A stretch of 64,000 nucleotides of DNA. It comes from an uncultured Acidobacteriota bacterium. GTDB lineage: Bacteria; Acidobacteriota; Thermoanaerobaculia; Multivoradales; UBA5704. The DNA lies in NCBI GenBank assembly GCA_963799925.1, contig CAWCYZ010000002.1, positions 1,726,123 to 1,790,122 on the forward strand, in the 5' to 3' direction. The notes under the pieces were generated by a model, which saw only the letters and a program-made list of their open reading frames with translations, was not told the DNA's origin and did not search any database. Made by a program: the position numbers and the translations under genes. This document shows, one piece after another, positions 57,266 through 64,000 of the stretch. Position 1 is the stretch's first letter. Each line of letters opens with the position of its first letter.

Positions 57266-57596
57266 CTACTGGTAGACACAGGAGAGTATGCCGGCGCCGC
57301 ACATCGGAAAGGCGCAGTGGACCGTGCTGTAGCCGGCGACGACGGGGCAGCGGGTCGCGTCATTGTTGATACAGCACTGGCCGATGTAGATGGAGGCTGA
57401 AGTCCGGCGGCGTCGTGGCGGCGGGGCTCGGCGCGGGCATCAGGAGATCCATCATCTGAGCCGCATCGCCGAGCTTCACGCCACAGGTGGGCCGGGCCTC
57501 AGCCTGCGGGGTGGCGGCCGCGAAAAGGGGAGAGACGACGGTCCCGAGTAGAAGCAGCGCCAGAGCGAGCGTGAGGTGGAGTCGGGTGCGATTCAT
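57266..57596 (-). pseudogene. Small secreted Cys-rich protein; apparent +1 frameshift at about 57393
   Basis: ATG 57596 with GGAGA upstream opens MNRTRLHLTLALALLLLGTVVSPLFAAATPQAEA (signal peptide)...PTCGVKLGDAAQMMDLLMPAPSPAATTPPDFSL. Skipping one base continues IYIGQCCINNDATRCPVVAGYSTVHCAFPMCGAGILSCVYQ* (stop at 57266). As written, the first frame stops at 57360. Confidence 0.45.
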
Positions 57597-57985
57597 AGGT
57601 TCTCCGGACCAAGGTACAGCACAGGATCGTGCCGCATCGCACGCGTACTGCAAAAGGCATGCGCGGTCATCGATGATCGGAGGCGAGCAAGCCGATCTCA
57701 CCGCTTCGCCTAGGAAGCAGTCTGCTTTACCCCGAGCAGCCTGCTTTACCCGTTGAAAGAGCGGGCTTCTCGTCAGAAGCCGCCGGCTAGGGGGTCCAGA
57801 GAGCCGCGGGTTCGGCGCTCCGGAGCGGCGTTTCTTGAATCCCCATCGGGCTTTGGCTACACTCGCGGTCTGAACGAGCGGCAGGGACGTGGAAGGGAAG
57901 CTCGCCCGCCTTCATGGAGCTCCCGGCATTCTGCGGGGACGCCGGGGCGCGCGGGGGCCCGGCGCCGGCCATCGCTTACCCATCG

Positions 57986-58018
57986 CCTACCCATCGATTG
58001 CTGCGCCAATCGGGTAGG
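57986..58018. promoter_or_regulatory. Inverted repeat plus TACCCATCG direct repeats upstream of the response-regulator operon
   Basis: CCTACCCATCGATTG-CTGCGC-CAATCGGGTAGG. Preceded by CTTACCCATCGC / CTACCCATCGA direct repeats (57975-57997). About 45 nt upstream of GTG 58062. Confidence 0.3.
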
Positions 58019-58061
58019 ATGCGGGGCGCTACCGTTCGATGACAAAGTCCAGGGGGGCGCC

Positions 58062-58439
58062 GTGCAGCCGAGGAAAGTGCTGGTCGTCGACGACTCCAAG
58101 CTGATGCACAAGATGTACGAGGTCATGCTGCGCCAGTACCCCCTCGTCTATGCGTTGGACGGCCGCCAGGCCCTGGAGCGCCTCCACGAGCACGACGACA
58201 TCGAGCTCGTCCTCCTCGACATCAACATGCCCAACATGAACGGCCTCGAGTTCCTGGCCGAGATGAAGGCGGACGGCGCCATCGCCGGCACGCCGGTCAT
58301 CATCATCAGCACCGAGGGGCGCGAGCAGGACACCGCCCGCGGCCTCGAGGCCGGCGCCGCCGCCTATGTCAAGAAGCCGTTCCACAGCGAGGAGATCTTG
58401 GACGCCATCGCGCGCCTCGAGAAGGGCCCGGCGGCGTGA
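58062..58439 (+). CDS. CheY-like single-domain response regulator
   Basis: GTG 58062 after AGGGGGG. (M)QPRKVLVVDDSKLMHKMY...LVLLDINMPNMNGLEFL...PVIIISTEG...AYVKKPF. All REC signature residues are present. Confidence 0.85.
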   Translation: MQPRKVLVVDDSKLMHKMYEVMLRQYPLVYALDGRQALERLHEHDDIELVLLDINMPNMNGLEFLAEMKADGAIAGTPVIIISTEGREQDTARGLEAGAAAYVKKPFHSEEILDAIARLEKGPAA

Positions 58440-59278
58440 GCGAGGTCGAGCTCCGCGCCGGCGGCCGGACCGTGTCGCGCCTCGACGCGCCGGCGGCCGG
58501 CGGCGACCTCCTGGTCCAGCTCCGCTCGACCCTCGACCGCGCCGCGGAGCTCGCGCGGACGCTCGAGCGGAACCTCGCCGAGCCCGCCCGCGGCGCCGCC
58601 CCGGCAGACGACCGCGCGCTCGACCTCGAGCAGCGCCTGGCCTCGGCCGAGTCCGACATCAAGGAGCTCGCCTCGCGGCTCGTCGACTCCGAGCACCAGG
58701 GCGGGCGGCTGATGAACCTCTACGTCGCCACCTACCAGCTCCACTCGACGCTCGACCCGGCCGAGGTGCAGGCGACGATCGCCGAGATCGCCATCAACCT
58801 CCTCGGCGCGGCGCAGTTCGTCCTGCTCCTGCGCCGCGACGAGGGGGAGGGGCTCGAGATCGCTCTCCGCGAGGGGGCGCCCGAGGCCGGCGATCCGCCC
58901 CACGATCCGTCCCCCCATCCGCCCCACGATGCGATCGCTGATCCGCTCAGGGATCAGCTCTTCGTCGGCGACACCTACTCGGGCGGCGATCCGATGGTCG
59001 ACGCGACGCTCGCCGACGGCGTCCTGCGCCTGGGCCCGACGGCCGAGTCGCGGGCGCTGGCGGCGGTGCCGCTCCGGGTCCACCAGGAGATCGTCGGCGC
59101 CCTCGTCGTCCAGAAGCTCCTCGACCACAAGCCGATCCTCCGGGCCGAGGACCGCGACCTCCTCGACCTGCTCTCGGCCCACGCCGCGATCGCCCTCTTC
59201 GCCGCCCGCCTCTTCGCCACCAAGGAACGCAAGCTCCGCACCCTGGAGAGCCTGGTCAAGCTGGCGCGGGGCGAATGA
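58436..59278 (+). CDS. Coiled-coil + GAF-domain protein
   Basis: GTG 58436 overlaps the RR stop (GTGA). Coiled-coil N-part, then a GAF-like part (LMNLYVATYQLHSTLDPAEVQATIAEIAINLLGAAQFVLLL...AAVPLRVHQEIVGALVVQKLLDHKP...DRDLLDLLSAHAAIAL) with a His/Pro/Asp-rich insertion. Confidence 0.7.
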   Translation: MSEVELRAGGRTVSRLDAPAAGGDLLVQLRSTLDRAAELARTLERNLAEPARGAAPADDRALDLEQRLASAESDIKELASRLVDSEHQGGRLMNLYVATYQLHSTLDPAEVQATIAEIAINLLGAAQFVLLLRRDEGEGLEIALREGAPEAGDPPHDPSPHPPHDAIADPLRDQLFVGDTYSGGDPMVDATLADGVLRLGPTAESRALAAVPLRVHQEIVGALVVQKLLDHKPILRAEDRDLLDLLSAHAAIALFAARLFATKERKLRTLESLVKLARGE

Positions 59279-59364
59279 GCGGGCTCGCCGCCGGACCTGT
59301 ACCCTCCGGGTCCACCTCCTGAAGCCGCCCGCAGCCGAACGCACGACGCAGCGCATCCGATCCC

Positions 59365-60945
59365 ATGGGCATCTCCGGCAGCTTGAAAGACGTCTCGGTC
59401 GCCGACGTCATGCAGTTCGTCCACCTCGGACGGCGCACCGGGACGCTGCTGCTGTCGCGCGGCCGCGAGCGGGCGATGATCGGCTTCCACGTCGGCCGGC
59501 TGGTCTCCGCCCAGGCGCCGCGCACTCCCAAGCTGGGCGATCTCCTGATCTCCTCGGGGACGATCGAGCGGCAGGTGCTCGACGACGCGATCGAGGCCCA
59601 GGGGCAGGAGCTGGAGCGCCGCTCCCTCGGGCAGATCCTCATCGCCTCGGGGGCGATCGCCGGCGAGGAGCTGCGCAACGTCATCGGCCAGCAGATCGAG
59701 CAGGCGGTCGCCGAGGTGATGGTCTGGGACACCGGCACCTTCGAGTTCGCCATCGACGACCTGCGGCCGATCGACGACATCGCGCTCTACCCGAGCGACG
59801 TGCTTCCCGACGCCGACATCAACACCCAGATGGTGCTCCTCGAGGCGGCCCGCATCTTCGACGAGCGCAGCCGCTCGCCGCACGACGCCGGAGCGGACGC
59901 CGCGGCGGCCGCGCCGGCGCCGGAGCCCTGGAGCACCGAGCTGGGCGACTCGACCCATCCCTCGCTCGAGCCGGGGGGCGGCCTGAGCGCCGCGGTGCTG
60001 GAGGCCCTGGCGGCCGCCGAGGTCGGCGAGCCCGAGGGCGAGGCGCCGCTGCAGATCGTCTCGCGCGACACCGCGCTCGCCCAGCGCATCGCGGGCGCGC
60101 TCGCCGGCGAGCTGCCGCAGGCCGGGCTCGCCAGCCTCGCCGAGGCGGGCAACGCCGGCCCGGGCGAGCCGCCGATCGTCCTCGTCGATCTGCGGGCGAG
60201 CGGCGGCGTCACCCTCGACCAGGTCGCGACGCTCCACCGGCGCCATCCGAGCGCCTCGTTGGTGGCCCTGGTCGACCCCGGCACCTCCTTCGGGCCGGTC
60301 TACGCCGCCGGGGCCCTCGCCGCGCTGCCGCCCGAGGTCGAGGCGGTCGTCGCCTGCGTCGAGAACGTCCGCGCCAGCCGGCGCGAGGCGGCGCGGACCG
60401 CCGACGGGGAGGAGCGCGAGGGCCCGAAGAGCGGCGTCGCCCGCCTGCGCCGCGTCTTCGGCGACCTGCGCTCGGGGCTGATCTCGGCGACCGTCGCCCT
60501 CAACCTGATGCACATCGTCTCGGAGTCGGTCGAGCGCGCCGTGCTCTTCCTGGTCAAGCGCGACCAGCTCGTCGCCCTCGGGGCCTTCGGCAACAACCGC
60601 CAGGGCCGGCCGCTCGCCGAGGTGACCCGCGGCATCAAGCTCTCGCTCGAGCCCGACAACGCCCTCGCGAGGAGCCTGGAGACCGGCGAGGTGCAGTCGG
60701 TCGACTTCGAGGCGGCGTCCCTTCCCGAGCCCTTCCGCTCGCTCGTCGGCCGCCCGCGCACCGGCCAGGTGGTGATCTTCCCGGTCCTCGGGGCGCAGCG
60801 CGTCATCTCCGTCATCTACGCCGACAACGGCGACCGCGAGCAGGCGGTCGAAGATATCGATATCCTCGAGCTGGCGACCGCCCAGGTGGGGATGGCCTTC
60901 GAGAACGAGCTGCTGCGGCGACAGATCTCCCAACATCGCGAGTGA
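59365..60945 (+). CDS. DUF4388 (PATAN-type) + tandem MshEN-like c-di-GMP motif + C-terminal GAF-like domain protein
   Basis: MGISGSLKDVSVADVMQFVHLGRRTGTLLL (DUF4388 signature). KLGDLLISSGTIERQVLDDAIEAQ and SLGQILIASGAIAGEELRNVIGQQ (two 24-aa MshEN-type motifs). C-terminal GAF-like block (LMHIVSESVERAVLFLVKRDQLVALGAFG...VISVIYADNG). Confidence 0.75.
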   Translation: MGISGSLKDVSVADVMQFVHLGRRTGTLLLSRGRERAMIGFHVGRLVSAQAPRTPKLGDLLISSGTIERQVLDDAIEAQGQELERRSLGQILIASGAIAGEELRNVIGQQIEQAVAEVMVWDTGTFEFAIDDLRPIDDIALYPSDVLPDADINTQMVLLEAARIFDERSRSPHDAGADAAAAAPAPEPWSTELGDSTHPSLEPGGGLSAAVLEALAAAEVGEPEGEAPLQIVSRDTALAQRIAGALAGELPQAGLASLAEAGNAGPGEPPIVLVDLRASGGVTLDQVATLHRRHPSASLVALVDPGTSFGPVYAAGALAALPPEVEAVVACVENVRASRREAARTADGEEREGPKSGVARLRRVFGDLRSGLISATVALNLMHIVSESVERAVLFLVKRDQLVALGAFGNNRQGRPLAEVTRGIKLSLEPDNALARSLETGEVQSVDFEAASLPEPFRSLVGRPRTGQVVIFPVLGAQRVISVIYADNGDREQAVEDIDILELATAQVGMAFENELLRRQISQHRE

Positions 60946-60947
60946 AC

Positions 60948-62219
60948 ATGAGCTCCGCACACCACCGACCGATCTTTGCGCTCCTCGCCCTGGCCCTGCT
61001 GGTCCCGGCTGCGGGCTGCACCGTCTTCTCGCGCGGCGACCAGCGGGAGGTCTACCACTTCAAGCACTCCTTCCCGGTGGCGGACCCCGCCTTCCGCCGC
61101 TCGCTCGATACCTTCGGCAGCGCGATGGTGCCGGGCAACCGCGCCGAGATCCTCAACAATGGCGACGAGATCTTCCCCGCCATGGTCGGGGCGATCCAGA
61201 GCGCCAAGGTGTCGGTCGATCTCGAGACCTACATCTTCCACGACGACCGGGCCGGCAAGCTCGTCGCCGACGCGCTGATCGACGCGGCGCGGCGCGGCGT
61301 CGAGGTGCGCCTGCTGGTCGACGGCACCGGCAGCCACGTCGGAGCGCTCTGGGACCAGATGAAGCAGGCGGGCGTCAAGGCCTACGTCTTCCATCCCATC
61401 CGTCTGTGGAGCATCTACAAGATCGGCCGGCGGACGCACCGCAAGATCCTGGTCGCCGACGGCACCGTCTGCTTCACCGGCGGCGTCGGCATCGCCGACG
61501 ACTGGCTGGGGAACGCCCGCAACCCGAAGGAGTACCGGGACATGCAGGTGGAGGTCGCCGGCCCCGCGGTGGCGCAGATGCAGGCGATCTTCAGCGAGGA
61601 CTGGACCTACACCACCGGCGAGCTCCTCGTCGGCGACAAGTTCTATCCCCGGCTCACCCCGGCGGGAGAGGTGCCGGCGCAGGCGATCAAGGTGGCGCGC
61701 GGCGACTCGTCCTCGCTGGCCGGGATCCTCTATTACCTGGCGATCCAGTCGGCCGAGAAGTCGATCTTCATCCAGAACGCCTACTTCCTCCCCGACGCGC
61801 AGGTGCGCGCGGCGCTCGTCCGCGCCGTCGGGCGCGGCGTCGACGTGCGGATCATGGTCCCCGGCAAGGACATCGACGTGCCGCTGGTGCGCCTGGCCTC
61901 GCGCCGCCACTACGGCGAGCTGCTGCAGGGCGGCGTCAAGATCTACGAGTACAACGGCACCATGATGCACAACAAGGACGCCGTCGTCGACGGCATCTTC
62001 TCGACCATCGGCTCGATCAACTTCGACGCGCGCTCGATGCGCGAGAACGCCGAGGAGAGCATGGCCTTCTACGACCGCGAGTTCGCCGCCCGGCTCGAGG
62101 CGACGTTCGCCGAGGACCAGAAGCACTGCCACGAGGTGTCGTACGAGCAGTGGCGCAAGCGCGGCCTGGTGCGCCGGGCAACCGAGCTGTTCTCGTGGTT
62201 CTTCCAGCCGCTCTACTGA
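60948..62219 (+). CDS. Phospholipase-D-family lipoprotein (cardiolipin-synthase-like, two HKD motifs)
   Basis: Lipobox LLVPAAGC. HKD motifs HRKILVADG...GGVGIADD and HNKDAVVDG...GSINFD. Confidence 0.85.
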   Translation: MSSAHHRPIFALLALALLVPAAGCTVFSRGDQREVYHFKHSFPVADPAFRRSLDTFGSAMVPGNRAEILNNGDEIFPAMVGAIQSAKVSVDLETYIFHDDRAGKLVADALIDAARRGVEVRLLVDGTGSHVGALWDQMKQAGVKAYVFHPIRLWSIYKIGRRTHRKILVADGTVCFTGGVGIADDWLGNARNPKEYRDMQVEVAGPAVAQMQAIFSEDWTYTTGELLVGDKFYPRLTPAGEVPAQAIKVARGDSSSLAGILYYLAIQSAEKSIFIQNAYFLPDAQVRAALVRAVGRGVDVRIMVPGKDIDVPLVRLASRRHYGELLQGGVKIYEYNGTMMHNKDAVVDGIFSTIGSINFDARSMRENAEESMAFYDREFAARLEATFAEDQKHCHEVSYEQWRKRGLVRRATELFSWFFQPLY

Positions 62220-62225
62220 GATCTC

Positions 62226-63338
62226 ATGCCTCAGATCGGACGCAACGACCCCTGCCCGTGCGGCAGCGGCAAGAAGTACAAGCGCTGCTGCCTGCTCGTC
62301 CGCGAGGCGGATGAGCGCCAGGCGCGGACGATGGGCGCCGGTCTCGGCCAGGCGCTCGACTGGCTCTTCAAGACCCACGGCCCCGCCGTGCAGGTCGCCA
62401 TCGAGCAGGACTTCTTCGAGGCCGCCTCCCGCGACGAGATCCGCGACCTCTTCGCGGGCGTGTCGAGCGATCTGCGGGTGATGCTCGAGGTCAACCTCAA
62501 CGACTGGCTGCTGGCCGACGCCGAGATCGAGGTGGGCGGCGCGCGCCGGCGGACCGCGGAGCTGCTGGCGGAAGCCGGCGGGCCGCCGCTCGACGCCGCG
62601 GCGCGGCAGCGCATCGACGAGATGGCGCGCCGGCCGCTGGCGCTCTACGAGGTGGAGGAGAGCCGTCCCGACGGGATGTGGGTGCGCGACCTCCTGGCGC
62701 CGGCGGCGCCTCGCTTCTGGGTGAGCGAGCCCGCCACCGCGGAGTCGCCGCGGCCGGGGACCCCCTTCGGCGGCCGCCTGCTCGAAGAGGGGGACGGTCG
62801 GATCCTGAGCGGCGCCCTCTATCCGCTCCCCGCCAGCCTGCTGGCGCAGTTGAAGGACCACCTCCGCGCCGGCCTCCACGGCCGCCGCGGGGAGGATCCC
62901 GCTCTCGTCTCGCGGCGCGTCCTCGGGCCCGCGATCATCGCCGCCTGGCTGGATTGCCTCGCCGTCTCGCTCGCGCCGCCCGAGCTCGAGGACTACGCGA
63001 CCGGCGAGCCCATCCTCCTCGTCACCGACCGCTATCGGGTGAACGACTGGGAGCGCCTGAGCGCCGCCCTGGCGGGAGAGGGAGAGGTCGAGGGGGACCG
63101 CGCGGAGGGCTGGGTGCGCGGCGCGGAGAGGAACGGCAAACCGGACGTCCTGCTGTCCCTGCGGCCGGGTGCGGAGGACCGCCTCGAAGCCTTCGCCCGC
63201 ACCGCGGCGCGGGGCGACGAGGGGCGGAGCTGGCTGCTCCGGGTGGCGGGCGACGCCGTGGCCTTCGAGCGGCGCGACACCGAAGATCCGCGGGACGCCT
63301 GGCGCCCCCCGTCCGTCCAGCCGGCGAGGACGCTCTAG
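62226..63338 (+). CDS. SEC-C metal-binding-motif protein
   Basis: 370 aa, N-terminal [22 protein letters not shown] (SEC-C Zn finger). The rest has no recognised family. Confidence 0.75.
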   Translation: MPQIGRNDPCPCGSGKKYKRCCLLVREADERQARTMGAGLGQALDWLFKTHGPAVQVAIEQDFFEAASRDEIRDLFAGVSSDLRVMLEVNLNDWLLADAEIEVGGARRRTAELLAEAGGPPLDAAARQRIDEMARRPLALYEVEESRPDGMWVRDLLAPAAPRFWVSEPATAESPRPGTPFGGRLLEEGDGRILSGALYPLPASLLAQLKDHLRAGLHGRRGEDPALVSRRVLGPAIIAAWLDCLAVSLAPPELEDYATGEPILLVTDRYRVNDWERLSAALAGEGEVEGDRAEGWVRGAERNGKPDVLLSLRPGAEDRLEAFARTAARGDEGRSWLLRVAGDAVAFERRDTEDPRDAWRPPSVQPARTL

Positions 63339-63357
63339 GAGCCCGCGGGCTCCGCCA

Positions 63358-64000
63358 TCACTGCGGAAAGGCCACGACGTCGACGATGTTCTGGTGCGTG
63401 CCGGCGGGATTGGCGTAGAGCTTCGGCGGACAGGGCGCCGCATCGCAGACGGCCCGGGTGTCGACCACCTGGAGCACGAAGGCCCGGTCCGTCATGCCCG
63501 CCGCGAAGAGCCAGAAATGGTTGTTGACCGGGGTGCCGTCGAGGATCTTGACCGTCACCTCGACGTTGCCGCTGTCGAAAAACCAGAAGTAGCCCGACTC
63601 GTCGGTGAGCTGCACGAGGGGCGCCGGCTGCCCGCCGATCACCGTCCCCGCCTGCACCACCGCGCCGTGCAGCAGCGTGACCAGGAAGCGGCCGCCGTCG
63701 AGGGAGAGCGCCGACGGCGACGGCGCCACGGTGAAGTTCAGGAACGGCCGGCCGGCGGTGTCGAGCACGATCTGGTAGTTGCCCGCCGGCAGGGCGCCAA
63801 GGTCGAAGTCGCCGAAGTAGGCGGTCGACGGCGGGCAGGGGCTGAGCGCGATCTCCGACGTCTCGATCGTGAAGAGGCTCCCCGAGCGGTCGACGCGCGT
63901 GAACGTGACCGGGCAGGTGGATACCACCTGGACATGAACCAGGACGTGATCGCTCGTCGTCGGCTGGCCGGGCGAGACGGCGATCGGGGGTGCGATGTTG
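63358..64000 (-). CDS. Hypothetical secreted beta-rich protein (5' end beyond the window)
   Basis: The frame of ORF 63358..63927 stays open to the window end. ...FGDFDLGALPAGNYQIVLDTAGRPFLNFTVAPSPSALSLDGGRFLVTLL...YFWFFDSGNVEVTVKILDG... Confidence 0.5.
   Translation of the reverse strand, partial: NIAPPIAVSPGQPTTSDHVLVHVQVVSTCPVTFTRVDRSGSLFTIETSEIALSPCPPSTAYFGDFDLGALPAGNYQIVLDTAGRPFLNFTVAPSPSALSLDGGRFLVTLLHGAVVQAGTVIGGQPAPLVQLTDESGYFWFFDSGNVEVTVKILDGTPVNNHFWLFAAGMTDRAFVLQVVDTRAVCDAAPCPPKLYANPAGTHQNIVDVVAFPQ

Overview
Very GC-rich (about 70% G+C by eye, strong GC3 bias) chromosomal window from a diderm bacterium, shown by TolC/RND genes, a SurA-like chaperone and lipobox lipoproteins. I cannot assign taxonomy from sequence alone.

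Core content:
- ada, prmC-murA, a TPR-Slt lytic transglycosylase, cupin plus DUF885, an Fe-alcohol dehydrogenase, a 4xS1-domain protein with an RGG tail, lepA, mfd and a SurA-like PPIase.
- A complete, tightly overlapping dcw cluster (29.6-45.7 kb): mraZ-rsmH-ftsL-ftsI-murE-murF-mraY-murD-ftsW-murG-murC-ftsQ-ftsA-ftsZ.

Accessory content:
- A tetR-OMP-MFP-RND efflux operon (18.0-24.3 kb).
- A lower-GC island (about 45.8-57.7 kb). It carries a SAM methyltransferase, an atypical histidine-kinase-like protein, a REC-AAA+ protein lacking the sigma54-contact GAFTGA loop, a second REC protein, an NPPY methyltransferase, a PotABCD-type ABC importer and a small Cys-rich secreted protein.
- A CheY / GAF / PATAN-MshEN-GAF signalling trio, a PLD-type lipoprotein and a SEC-C protein.

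Most notable observations:
1. Two different helical-phase tandem arrays (20 bp x about 8 and 21 bp x about 12) plus a palindromic switch point bracket a lone 86-aa winged-helix-like gene between the RND gene and lepA.
2. About 40 single-base frameshifts fall only in accessory or paralogous genes. About 19 are in the RND gene, and every one I traced there is +1. About 30 kb of housekeeping genes are clean.
3. An orphan Phd/YefM antitoxin is read through in frame from the Fe-ADH gene.
4. The island carries a GAFTGA-less REC-AAA+ / HK-like module.
5. The DUF4388 protein has a tandem MshEN-type c-di-GMP motif.

No rRNA, convincing tRNA, CRISPR array, transposase or integrase was found.
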